Of a DNA stretch of 64,000 bases, positions 39,510 to 53,006 are shown piece by piece; position 1 is the first letter of the stretch; every line of letters starts with the position of its first letter. The DNA is from Magallana gigas (Eukaryota). The stretch is taken from positions 21,638,001 through 21,702,000 of the forward strand of contig NC_088862.1 of assembly GCF_963853765.1 (NCBI RefSeq), given 5' to 3'. Made by a program: the position numbers and the translations under genes. A model generated the notes under the pieces. It was not told where the DNA came from. It did no database searches and saw only the letters and a program-made list of their open reading frames with translations.

Positions 39510-42500
39510 GAAAACAAATATCGGCCAAGTGATTATCAATTTTAAATAAAATGACAAATTAAATAATAAACGTTTATAGAGTGCATAAAGTTGCATACGG
39601 TATTCCGAAGTTTTAAGAAATATCGCGATTCTCGGATTTTTTTTTTATTGCTGTACATTGTTACAAACACACATAAACATTGACTTCAGTATCATCGAAA
39701 GTTGTTTCTTGTATAAAAAAGAAAAGATGAGAAACCATCATTTATGAAGCCGATTTGTATTGCTTTGCATGTTATTAATTGTAAATGTCGCACATGTAGT
39801 GTTTATACATGTATTTATCGATAAACATGAATTGATTAATAAAACGGCAATTTTATCGACTTGATATCAAACGTATAGTAACATAATGATTGCATTAACA
39901 AACCTGTTCAATTTAAGGAATTTTGAATCGATCACGTACGTAAATGATTGGAGATGAACATAATCATATAAAATGCTATAAATCCATGTTATAACTGATT
40001 TTTTATGTACGTTAGCTCAAAAAGTACACACATGTGGATTTAAACTGCACAAGAAAAAAAATATGTTGCGCTTAAATAATAAACAAGTTTTTTTCATTTG
40101 TACAGGTATATTTACTTTTATGTTGTTTCATTTTAAAATGGCACTTTACATGAAAATGTCACTAAGAATCAGATTTTTCCATGAAATCAAATGCGACATA
40201 TCAGAGTAGATCTTTATTCTGTCAAAATATTTCTCAAACTCTTCTTATCCGTTAGTTATAACTTTTTAATTCGTTAAATAATTTCAAAATTTGATCGCAA
40301 ATTCTTAAATTGTAATACATGTAGAATATGCGTGAATTTATTTTGTATGTTGGCGGTAGCACTATAATTGAGACATAGCCGCTTCTCGCGTGTTCATTCC
40401 GACTAATTTAAAAAGTGAAGAATCGTCTCCCGCGAGGGAACTTCCAAACGTATGATTTGAAATATTTGACTTGTATTGTTTCACAGTAATTACTGCATAG
40501 ATAACTGTTAGATTTGAACAGTACTGCTCTGCATCGATTCGGTAGGGCTCGATAGGTCTCAGCCTTCAACCCCTCTTATCAACAAAGAGTGTGCAGTGTA
40601 GTTTTTTGTTTGTTTGTTTTTTTACGTGATTAAATCATACATGTATTGCTCATGCAAACTAAAGTTGTATAATTTTACTCAGATTACTTTATAACTCATC
40701 ATCGGAAATCCACGACCATTGAATTTTGTGAGACGGGTCTTTGGTTTCTAACAATGATTTATTTACACTAGAATGTAAATTGTGGTGTTTAAGTTTCATA
40801 GCGGATGCAAAAGCAGCAATTTTATGACGTCTCAGCATCAACTTGTGTGCAATATTACGCGTTCAAAATGTGTAGATATTGACGTTACATGTATATATTT
40901 CATTTATCAAATGTTTATTTTTTTAATCAACATGTAATATTGGACTGAAAAAAAATATCAATCGCGGTATTAAAACAAGGCCAGACTCTAATTATTCAGA
41001 AAACACAACACAGACGCAGAAAAAATAGAAACAGAAAATTAAAAAAGTTGCGTTTACAATGCCGCAACTTTGACGTCGTTTTCTGAGCATTGTGACGTCA
41101 AAAGATAAGGGCCCTTTTCTCATGACGGCAGTCACATTACTCTTAAAGCATTATCGATTTCAATTCATTTTTCTGCATCCAATGTTAAAAAAGCTTTTTT
41201 TGAATACTTTACTCGACAAGAGTATAATTATTTTTGTCTTGGAAAAATAAACTGGCTAAATCAAAAAAATAATACTTATGATTGTATAGCCTCAAAATAT
41301 CAACAAGTGATAAGAAATATGCTTACCCTGTTTGAGGTTCATTACTGGAACAAGAAGCCGTTGGTTCCAATCCTGTAGGGCTTCTGATGAACGAAGCACG
41401 TCAAGCCATTGCAGAAAAGGTTCGTGGTATCCAAATCCTTAAAAACAATAAGATACTTTGAATTCTGCCGTTTTCAAAAGGTAAATTCCATTGCAGAAAG
41501 GTTTGTGATATCCAAATCTTTAAAAACAGTAAGATACATTGAATCACACTGAAATGATATAAAAAGCATCATAATATTTTATTGAACTCAAAACATCTTA
41601 AAACTGAAGATAATATCATTCTACTTCGCTATTTAAAAAAAAATTAAAGTGACATATTCAATGTCTTTCTTGAAACTTTTTTTTTAAATTCCCTTTTTCT
41701 TTGCCAATTTTACAGTAAAACTTTTTTCACTAAAATACCTTATAAAACTAAAAGGTCAACAAATTTAAATATAATACATCGGATCAATGACATATACAGG
41801 GTGTTTCAACAAACATGTCCCAACTTTCGATGTCTATACCTTAGCACTAACATGACATATTACTTAACAATAATACTGCATCTGACAGCGTTTATTCCGG
41901 CAAAATGTATTACAGTGCAAATGCAATGTATTATGATGTGATAACTAATATTTGATGACATCATCAAAAGTTAAGTATTCAGGTATTTGAAAATGGATAA
42001 TAAAAATTATCTCTATATTTATATTGTGAAACTGTACTTTGAAAATGGAAAAACGCCGACCCTAGTGAAAAAGGTTTTAAAAAAGAAGTACCCAGATGTG
42101 AAACATTTTTGAAGGAAACAGATTTTTTGTATTGTTACTAAATTTGAGCAGTACGGGATTAGCGGTGATGGAAGAAAAGATGCGCGTATAAGAGAGAGGA
42201 CTGTGAGATCGGATGAAAATATTGAAAAGGTGAAGACAATTATCAAGGAGACTCCAACGAAATCAGTAAGAAATGTATTTAGAGAAGTGGACTCAAATAT
42301 AAGTTCTTCATATGTTTATCGAATTTTAAAATACGATTTAAAATTCACACCAAATAAAATTTCTATAATGCAACATCTAAAAGACACGAACATTTCATCC
42401 CGGTCAAGTTTTGCAGAATGGATGTTGAGAAACATTGATTTAACTGAAGTCATATGGTTTTCTGAAGAAGCACATTTCACCCTGAATGGACATGTCAACA

Positions 42501-44831
42501 AGCAGAACATGCGTTTCTTGGAAATTCAAAACCAGACTTATGCAGAAAGACCACTTCATAGTCAGAAAGTTACAGTATGGGCAGCACTGAGTAGTGCTGG
42601 TATCATAGACCCCTTTTTCTATGAAGAGAATGGTGAAACCACAGCAATTACGTCGCAGCGTTATTTGACCATTCTAAAGACGAAATTTCTTCCTGAGCTA
42701 AGGAGAAGAGATATAGAAATGAACAACTTATGGTTTCAGCAGGATGGCGCCACCCCACACACTGCAAAAATTGTACTTGAATGGCTGGCTCAAAAGTTTC
42801 GAGAACATTTCATATCCTTACGTTCAAACATGGAATGGCCACCACATTCAGCTGATCTCGCCCCTTTAAATTTCTTTTTATGGGGTTATTTAAAGGACTG
42901 TGTTTATTCGCCACCCCCACAAGACACGAGTGCTCTAAAAATGTCTATACAAAGAGAAATCCGACGTATAATCGTAGACTCTTGTAAAAATGTTATCAGT
43001 AACTTCAGAGATAGAATAAGACTAGTGACTGAGAAACAAGGCGGACATTTGGAACACGTACTAAAATGACTTAGTTTTAAAATGCATGTGGAAAATAAAT
43101 GATTCAGCTTTATTAAAACTTTTGATTTGATAAAATTTTATGCAATTGCTCATAACATTTTTGCAAAATTTTAGTTCATACATAAAGCATAACTTTTATT
43201 CTAAAACTGTAAAGTTGTGACACGTTTGATGAAACACCCTGTAAATTCCTCAAACTGATCCCCCATTTTAAGGAGAAATAAGTTCTTAAATCAGCATAAA
43301 ATTACTTGATTATGATAGATATCATAATTGATAAGAAGTATTTAAGTTTAATAGTCCCCCCCCCCCAAATAAAAAATGCAATTTTGGATGAAAAATTACA
43401 TTTTCAAAAATTTAGTTCAGTTATCATGAACAAAAGCTCCAGGCGGATTCGAATTCATGATCTGCGGTTCAGAATCCCAGTACTTTAACCACTAAGCTAT
43501 GACGATATATAACCCAATCGAACGATATAAACAGTTTAACCAAACATTTAAATCGCCATCGTGTGACGTAGTGTCTTCAAAAGTATAAGAGTAGGTGTAG
43601 TGACGTACCTTAAAGAACAGTCTAGAAATTGTATAGAAAGAGATTGATTTAAGTAATGTGATTGTGATTCATCAACGTTGTGATAGTTGAAGTTGCTCAT
43701 AGGTATTTTGTATACCTTTTGGTCCATCGAGTGTTGTTACCTCCTCAAGTTTTGGAATCATCTCGCTTAGAATTGGAATAGCAGCTGCATTGTGGCCCCA
43801 AGTTATAAGCTGAGCTTTGTTAGAAGGAAGTGAATATTTTTCATCGTCTGTGATTGTTACTATTCCGGCAGCAACCATACAACCTATCCATTCTTGTATG
43901 TATCTGTTAAAAACAAAAATCCTATTTTAACCAATTTAACCATTGCGGAAACCTCAACGACAAGGTGAGAAAATTACTAATTTAAATAGATTAGTACATG
44001 TAAGTGCATCTTTGTTATAGTTGTGTAATTCAATGAAATGCACAAAAAGCTTCATAGATGTATGGAGTTTTTATACCGGACCTTTTACTATATTTTAGAT
44101 CTAACTCTTCTAAAAACAAAAGTTATATTTTCGTCGAATCTAGGTTATTCATTCGTTTCTAAAAATAATTTAATGGTCAAAGAAATATAGGTATCTTTTT
44201 CTACACTACAGATGGTAAAAAGTATACATTTTTGTTACTAAATTAGTTTAAAAAATATCAAATTATATTCGTGTCCAAAATTAGTCAGATAATGTCAAAT
44301 CAAACCGCGTTGTTTTACATTGATAAGGATAAAGGATAGATTAAATTACTTTTAAAGTTTTATCATTAATTATGTTATTTTTTTATGTTTTGAATAGTTC
44401 GTGTACTTTTACAAGTTTTATATTTGTATTGAGAATCAGGTAGTCAGATAATGATAAATTTAACCCCGTTTTTTATGTTTTGAATAGTTAGTGTACTTTT
44501 AAAGTTTTATCGAATGATAGAATAGCGGAAAAAGATTCGAAGTGACAATAAGTGCCGCACCTGAAGATTGCATATGATTTGATAAGTGATATGACCAAAA
44601 TATGCATTACTTGATTATATTTTGCACGCAATTGCTTTTCATATATTATTATTATTTTACTGACCTCAATTTTTTCCTCGCCTTTTGGCTCAATTCTTCC
44701 GCAGTACAAGGCTGCTGAAGTTTGGTAAAGGCCTCCACTATACCAGTTTTGTAACCAAACGCAAAGACCAGGGTACTAAGTCCATCCCTAACAATCTGCT
44801 CCAAGTCCCGAGCATTGGTTAAAGATTCCAT
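36792..44831 (-). CDS. Rv2258c-like methyltransferase copy E, 342 aa; exons 44831-44665, 43903-43716, 41437-41327, 37354-36792
   Basis: GT-AG junctions, 1029 nt open (MESLTNARD...); introns 2 and 3 expanded by transposons; intron 3 spans an assembly gap. Confidence 0.8.
37388..37529. other. Assembly gap (142 N)
   Basis: Directly visible. Confidence 1.
37530..37683. mobile_element. One end of a Tc1/mariner-pogo-type MITE, truncated by the gap and followed by (TA)n
   Basis: Repeated ttcg(t/c)tatatccg motifs ending ...acgagttttac|atata; the reverse complement GTAAAACTCG is a typical MITE terminus. Confidence 0.55.
37775..41134. mobile_element. 3.36-kb non-autonomous TIR DNA transposon, superfamily unassigned
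   Basis: Perfect 26-bp TIR TGACTGCCGTCATGAGAAAAGGGCCC at both ends; flanks give a CAT (3-bp) or ACATT (5-bp) TSD; no transposase ORF seen inside. Confidence 0.85.
41797..43241 (+). mobile_element. Full-length Tc1/mariner element, DD41D (rosa/Visitor) type, 1445 bp
   Basis: 31-bp TIRs CAGGGTGTTTCA(A/T)CAAAC(A/G)TGTC(C/A)CAACTTT with 3 mismatches and TA TSD; absent at the paralogous site in D and F. Confidence 0.92.
41993..43069 (+). pseudogene. Inactivated DD41D transposase (358 codons, one internal stop)
   Basis: ATG at 41993 is in frame with ORF 42203..43069; TGA at 42110-42112; motifs WFSEEAHF, QQDGATPH and WPPHSADLAPLNFFLWG with 41 residues between D and N. Confidence 0.88.
43272..43609 (-). 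mobile_element. TTAA-flanked 338-bp insertion with an internal tRNA-like segment (43436-43505, minus strand)
   Basis: TTAA at 43268-43271 and 43610-43613, GG...CC ends, TAGCTTAGTGG and GAATTCGAATCC boxes; absent from the D and F introns. TIR is very short or decayed. Confidence 0.65.
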
Positions 44832-47324
44832 CGCTCTGCAGTTTCCTCACTGTTGCATAAATATGGACACCCATGTGGTGTGTGAAATTTTTAATTGTCT
44901 ACGGCAATACAGGAATATATGCGTATTCGAAATCAACAACGTCTATAACTACATGAACAATTATTTGTCAATTTACTCAGTATTGTTAATTTTCTTTAAT
45001 AACATTCTTGAGTACTTTCTATCATTTTATATTTCATCCTTCTATTTTTCTTTTTATAAAAAGTTATATAATCAGTTCAATAAGAAACCTTGAATGATAG
45101 TTGATGTAACAAGTTTTAGTTGTGCTATTTACGCAGGTATTATTAAATAGTCTGTGTTTAATAAGTGTCTTAAAGTGTTTCTTAAAACTATGTAATAGGT
45201 TGCGTTTAATCTATTGTACCAGCTTGCGCTGTGAATAAACAAGGATGGTTTAATACGTGTGACGCCTTGATATTATGATACCCTTATCGAATTTTGTTTA
45301 CTAGAGAAGAATATCTTTTTGTGAAATATATTTCCACCTTTTATTTCTTTCTACTTGAATATATGTGTGTGTATGTAAAAAGGATTAATTTATTGTTATG
45401 CATGATCTGACCTTATTTTCGCGTTTAACCAGGTGAGGTTTACATGTATTGTGCTAATTCACACTTGTTGATTTTTTTTTCGCGCTAAGACCGAGTTTGC
45501 ACCAATTCTGTATTTTGAATTTCAGCATTGAGTCAATCAGTTAACTCTCCTTAATATCGCGACTTTTATCGCGTTGAGATTGCTAAGAATACGGGCAGTA
45601 ATTGGGCTAACCATAAAACTGTTAAGGGGGATGTGCAGCCATCTTGTACATTTGAAGATAAGAATATAAACATTTTTTGAAATTGCTTGTTTCAGCACGA
45701 AACTGTCCAAAAATGTTGCCAAAATATATAAAAGCAATAAATATGAAGTCCTACATGTCATTTTGTTTGAAAAATATGTATACAAGAACAGGACAATATC
45801 TTTTTAATCACTCAGAACAGCTGTCGAACTGTGCAGCTACAGTCTTATTTTGAAGATTTAAAGATCTGAAGAAAAAAATTGAAGGGGGTTTATTGGGGTC
45901 CTCTCTACAAACATTTGTTGAGGAAAAGTTTGAATTTTGCTCATTTAAGTTGTAATTTTGTCTGTCTCAAAGTAAGGTACACTATTCTCAAAATGGGCCT
46001 AAAAATCACAAGATATATTTGTCTGTGTCTATGAAGGTACAATACAGGTATATTTTCATTGAAATAGGATGTATATTTTTTAAAATTTAAGACATGTCTT
46101 AACTTTTTTACGTGCACAATGAAACGGGAAAACAAACAAACAAAATAGTAGCCAACTAGCCCAGTAGCCAAATAAGGATTTTTTTGTTGTTGTCTTATTG
46201 TCTGTAGAGTTTTGTTTCCACCATTCGTGCAAACAAATTTTGTAGACAAAATAAAATCGTTTGGATAATTGATTTTATGAAGGGTAAATATTGAATCAAG
46301 ACTATCGATTTTTTTTCCATTTAAGAGGCCAATATGCTAAACATTTCCGTTATTAATTCAATTTGGGATTTAGAAGTGATTATAATTCGAATACAAGCTT
46401 TTTCTTTATAATGCATTTTCCAACTGAATACAGTTTCTTTGGTTATTATATTATTGAATATTTTCAATGTTTAACAATTTTGAATTTTTGTTTACTAGAT
46501 GAATGTAATGGCTATATATATCATATCTAAAAATGTCAGTAAGTCTGACGGATAATTTGTTTACCATCAAGTTTTTAAAAAATAAGTTAATATCAAAGCA
46601 CATTTGTTGAGATAGGATTTCTAATTATCTGAACTACATGTTCTTTGTCCGTCACAATTGTCCCCTGCATTGTCCATAACCCCCTCATAATGGCGAAGGA
46701 TCGATAGTTACAAGTATAAATTGCGAGTTTTGATTCGACTGTAAATCTAATGCTGTTTATTTCCAGTAGGCTAAAGAGTTTTTTTAAGATGAAAAAATCT
46801 CATGCGAAAATAAAGATAAATCTAGCACAAAAATATTTTGATTTTATATATGTGTCCCAGAAAATTTCCGTTAAGATACTTGATGGAATACAAACAAGAT
46901 TTGACTCACAAATGTTACGTATATTCAGTAACATGTTTAGCGAAAAAAAGATGCTAAAAGGGAAACGTGCACAGGAAATGATGCGTGTTTATCACAAGCG
47001 TTAATGGCGTTTGTCCTATAAAAGTTTTATCAGAGTTAACCCTCTGTATTCCAAGATATTTTTTTTTTTAAATTTAGGTAAATTTTTGCAAAACAAAATC
47101 CTTGTTTACCATCTTGTCTGAAAATATGTGGAAAACAACGTTATTAATCGCAAAAAGATGGCATACTAGTACACAACATTAGAAATTATAGTGAAGATCA
47201 TTGAGTGATTCTTGTGGGTGTTTTTAGCACGTGATTTTACAAATAAAATGTATATAAGCTGACATGCACCAGATACAACACTTTGAATTTCTTGAAGTTA
47301 TTTTTTGATTACCCACATTTAAAG

Positions 47325-50261
47325 ATGATCAAACCGAACGTCATGTTTGTGATTTTCATGGCTTTGGGCAGTAGTCTTATTCAAGGTATAGATATACTGT
47401 ATGATCCTTTGTATCGATATAATTTTGTATCGAGCGAAAACCAATGTAAAGTCGTTCAATACTTAAGATTCATATGTATTTATTTCGATAAAATTATTCC
47501 ATTCGTTCACTCAGTTCGCTTACTATATCAATGTTCATTCTTTTCATAAAACAACGTCACAAAATACATGTAGCGAAGGTGAATTAGTGGCGATCATCAT
47601 TAAAGCTCAGTATATAAAAACTCAAGCATGTTAACCGCAGATTTTACGTTCAAATTAGACTGACCCTTTTGTTTATATTCATTTTTTATCGAATTAAGTT
47701 TGAGAGAATCATATTTTTGTTTTTATTGCCCATTTGTTTGGCTACATGTATTTGACTTTTGTCATCTTTCTATCTCTCACTATCAAATCTATTTTCGTAG
47801 ACTTGAAAAAATTCTTTCAAAATTAAGTGAGACCTCTTAAGGAGGCCAAATGGTCAACAAATATTTATTATTCGATCTGAGAATTATTTCCAGCTATGAT
47901 TTGTTTAGCTATATAATTGACTTCTTCCAAAAAAGAGCAATACGGTCTTAAAATGACCATTACCATAAAGGTCTCTCAGAAAGAAGTATCAATTGATGAG
48001 GTTAAGCTGTCTGCTAAATTAAAACAAACATATACAACAAACGGTTTCTCGATATTTTAGCAATATTTCGACTATATAGAACGTTTAGATTACCGTCGCA
48101 TGAATCAATAATAAATCATGTGTAGGATAACCTACATTGTCATAAATATCCATTTTTATAAATTAAGACATTTTGAAAATAAACTACAAAATGTTGCACC
48201 AGTGTAACTACTTACACCTTTGGTAATTCAATACAGGTGAGATGATGTCCGTAAGCTTTCTTTGAATTTTAACTGATAAGTAGTTATTGTGAACTACATC
48301 AAAAGCATACTTTTATTTTCGATAAAAAAGCCCGAAATAGCAAAACATGGTAACCAACAACGCGAATGGACTAATTAACGCCATGGCGAAAAGTGTAGGA
48401 CGAGTTTATTATGCATAGCCGGGAGATACCTTTGATCGGGCATCTGTGGTTAATACAAAAAAGTTAATAAATAAAATAATTGAATTGAAAGCGATTTTAG
48501 TTATGATTGGAACATTTTTCAGACCGGGGTGGCCCAGGAACGCGGATTGACTATAATTAACGTTATGGTGGAAAGTTTAGGGCAAGTTAATCATCGGTAG
48601 TAAACCTGAGACATTAATTTGTAAACAATGAACATATTTGTGATGAATTAAACGGGGAAGTTGAATAACCGGGGAAGATGTTAACGTAATGTGACCTTCA
48701 AAACAAAATTTAGAGATACGACGCACTAAATACCTACTCACTGGTTTGAAATAAAACGATTTTATTTCAATCCTGCAACAAAAGGAATTAATTTTAAGGA
48801 CACTTACATATATATGAAATAAATTCTACCCCGGTCCGCTCATCTAGTATCAAGCCAGGCAGTAATTTTTTTTTAAAAATTTTAAATAAGCAATTAAGAA
48901 AAAAATCGGAGTCAGTATTCACATCAGTGATCCAAAATTATGGTTCAACATGTTAACATTGTATCATTTTTATGTTTAAAGTTTTTATATTCGAGCTTGC
49001 GCGGGATATCATTTAGTTGATAAGAAATTCTTTGTTTTGTTTTTTAAAAAAAAGTTGGACTTTTGAAGACATGTTTATTCCGCAAAATGAGTCCATATTT
49101 CAAATCATTTTTTCAGTGTTCTAATATTTGAAATGAAAAGGCTGTTATTATAGGAAGAGAATCTCGATAACTTGATTTGATCTCACCATTGAATGATTTG
49201 AATTTCTGTCTGGAAAACTGGTTTTAAAATCTAAATAGTTTAACTTTCACAACTAGGTTCCACTACCGCTTGCAGTTACCCGTTCGTAACCCTTGACGAC
49301 AATTGTTATTACTTCAGCACAGCTACTGCGTCATGGGATGATGCTTATGTAAGTACTCAATACAGTTCAAACGCACTTTCAGACAGCATAAAACACATTT
49401 CAAAAGTATAAAATCTGTCATTTTTCTTTATCCATTTAAAATATATTTATAACGTTTACCTGCATCTTGTCATATTTGTAAATAGGGTTTGTAAAATAAT
49501 TTTTGCACATTTATGTACACGTTTTGATTAGTATCAAGTATATTTATATACTAGTACAATATACACGATGTAGTTTTGTTTTTTAAACCAGATTGAGTGT
49601 TTACAAAGAGGGGCCTATTTGGCAAACCTAGAGACCTTTGATGAATATATGATTCTCCGTTCCAGGCTTGCTTCTCTCCGTAATGGTAGGTTTACACAAT
49701 TACTTCTTTGTTTCATGCATTATTTTATGTGATAAGAAAGTGTATTTTTGATTTGTAGTTTTGAGAGACAAATAATGTATAAAATGTTAAGAGTTTGCCG
49801 GAATGTACGGTGGTTGAAGAAAAGCATACTTTGTTTTCTCTCGATGAAACTGATTTTTTGTAATTTGGTAGAAGATAACGATTGAAACATATACTGAGAT
49901 TACTTTATTGGTAGCCTTTAGAATAAAGCAATAAGAATAATATCTGGTAAAATAGATTGGTACTTGTTTCATCATTATATAATAATTGTGTTCAATGTAT
50001 TATCAATTGACGAAATGTATGATCCTAGGCCAGAACTACGCGATCGGAGGACGTAACATCAATCGTGAAGTCAATGATGGAGACTGGAGATGGGTCAAAA
50101 ATGGGTCTTTGACGAAAATGTCTTATTTTGCATTTGGACCAAGACAACCAACTGGATCAAAAGCCTCTCCCGAAAATTGCATGTGGGTCTATTCTGAATT
50201 CAAATATGAGTTCATTGATATGATCTGCAGTAATGTTGCGAGATATATTTGTGAAAAATAA
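47325..50261 (+). CDS. Secreted single-domain C-type lectin (perlucin-like), 159 aa; exons 47325-47385, 49257-49348, 49592-49685, 50029-50261
   Basis: Hydrophobic signal exon MIKPNVMFVIFMALGSSLIQG, then C..CYYFS....SWDDAYIEC...GAYLANLET...WRW...QPTG...ENC...C....YICEK*; GT-AG junctions, 480 nt in frame. Confidence 0.85.
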
Positions 50262-53006
50262 TGACTTTGATTATATGGTTGCTCAGATATACAGTGGCTA
50301 TCAGCCGTTAAATATTTTTGATCATAAACTGGGATTAAGTCACAATGGTATTTAGTGCATGACTATTTACAGAGATATATAGGGAAATTTTTACTGCGAT
50401 AAAAAGATGCATAATATATGTTAAAATACACGATCAAAAATCTTGGTTGATTTATAATAAATGTAAGACTGGTATATGCCTTTATTTGACTTTTTTATAT
50501 TTTACATTAAAGAACTTAATTTACACAATCATGAAGTATGATAAATCATGTTTTTATCCTTTGAACAATTTTCTCAAGCTCGCCGACATTTGGACTTCGT
50601 ATCGAAGAAACATTTATTATTTATTATGTGATACATTTTTTGACAATTTTAGTACTTAGATATTAGGTCGTATATTGACTTGTTCACAATGCAATTTTAA
50701 TTCAAAATAACAAATATACTGAACGATATGTCATTAACATATACATGTAGCAAATTTCCTATTCCTCAGTGGAATACAATGCAATATAATGGGTTGTTTT
50801 AAAAATGTAAACCTTTCATGTTGTACATATGCTTACATGTACGTATGCTGATGTTTACCACTGCTTGCTTGTAAAATTTACTACAGTACATCTTCATTTC
50901 TATATTTAATTAAAAGGTAAGAAAATATAAACTGATTTATCATGTGGAATATGACTCAAAATGTATATACATTGTACGTTGAAATTGTAATAAAGTGAGT
51001 CAATTGATTCGTTTTTAAAAATCATTGAACGTTTCTTAACAGGTTACAGATATCATTCTTAATTATTGATTTTGTAAAATAAAGCGTGAACCCCCCCCCC
51101 CCCCCCACAAAAATACCTTAATATCTTTGAATATAAGATAAGTGCAGAAATTTTACAATTTGTTTTTTGGTGGGGGTGGGGGGGGGGGGGGGCGGGGATT
51201 CGGGCTCACGGAAACTACACCGACAGTAACTGTTTCTTACATTAATATTAAGCTTGCAATCGTCTGAGGTTTAGACAAGTATTCCTTTCAAAGGAATTAA
51301 TTATTATCGACATGCAATATCATTGGTCAGCTATACTTTGATATGTAATAATAGATATTATAATAATAATAATATAACTATAAATAAAGCGGAGGCATTA
51401 CACTACATGTAATAAAGAGGAAATTAGGACATATCGCACCGTTTTGCTGTTTTTCGAAACAACAAGGAATGAATAAACTGTACTCTTTTAGTAGGAGAAG
51501 TGTACTTCTGATTTAGATTTGCATGTTAAAAAACGTAATCATTGTAACTATTATGTAAGTGTATCACTGTTTTAATCTCAATCAAACGCATTAGATAATG
51601 TTTTATTAATCTACATGTAATTAAAGATTTACATGAAGCTGTCTAGTGTATAGTGAACATAGTAGTGCGAGGCGCAAGTGAAATTTGGCGAATGCCTCCT
51701 ATGGACACAAAAAATCAACGTGATTCCATCATGATCATCTCTAAAGAAAATAAATCACTTGGTAAATAAATTCTGTAATCGAACCCAATTACATATGTGT
51801 GTATACTGTTCTATCGTGCGTTAATTCTTTCCTATCGTGGGTTAATCCTATCCTATCGTGGGTTAATCCTATCAGTTCTATCGTTCAATTTTAACAGTTT
51901 ATCCGTTTGATATATATTTATATTTAGTTTAAACAAGAGTTCTATTTTAATTGAACGCGCTATATATTTTCCGTGTGAGATTTATTCTCGTTCTGAAATG
52001 TTCTCGACTATCGGCTACGAGGTGCATTAAAGAAAACAGTGTTAATAAATCATACGCGTAATGTGTATATCCGTTAATATCTATTTCATTTGTTTGTTAT
52101 ACAATTCGTTTTAAATTAATAGATCATTTGAATATACAAAAAAATATTTACGATGTATTTCATATTTATTTAGAACAAGAGTTGTATTTTCATTGAGACC
52201 GCTATGATTAAATCTTTGGGATGATCGGCTAGGGTGTACGGTAATTAAACTGGTCGTTTGTATTTAGATGCTTTCAACAATGCAGCGATGATTAAAATGT
52301 TCATAACAAGAAATTGTACGTAAATCTTGATTTGTTTTTGTTCATTCTCAAATTCTACTATTATCAAAATAATCTCATTTAACGCGACACTATTTTATCA
52401 TGAACATTGTTTATCCTTTCCTATTATGTATGAACTCTGCGTGCGTGCAAACTGTTCTATCGTGCATTAATTCTACATGTAACCCATCGTGTGTAAATCT
52501 TATTCTATCGTTCATCTTGTTAAAAAAAGTTGCGTGTAATGTACAAAAACCGTGCATTATTTCATAAGACTTGGTTTAATTGATACACATTTCATAGCAT
52601 GTAGATGTCAAAGATGAAGGGTACCCATGGTGTATTTTATATCTCCAGTGCTCGCAACTTTCACTCCCATATGAATCACAAGGGTGAAGATTTTATTGTT
52701 TTAAGTACAACCCTATAGATACCTTCGTATGTTTATTCCAACTAAAAGTGATCAGCTAAGTTGAGCTAAACAGCTAAACTATGGTAAAAAAAATATTGAT
52801 TTAAATTATGTAGTGTCTACAGTAAAGCCAAACCTAAGTTCACCGGACCAATTTTATTGACTGTGAATTTCTGAAGCAATACAAAAAGATTAAGAGAAAC
52901 TAGAGTTATTAATTCAGTAGTCTATCAATTTAATCATTGCACTCTCAAACTCCTTGCAGCTTACATATTGAAACAAAGCTACTTAAACCGGAAAACATAT
53001 TGAATT

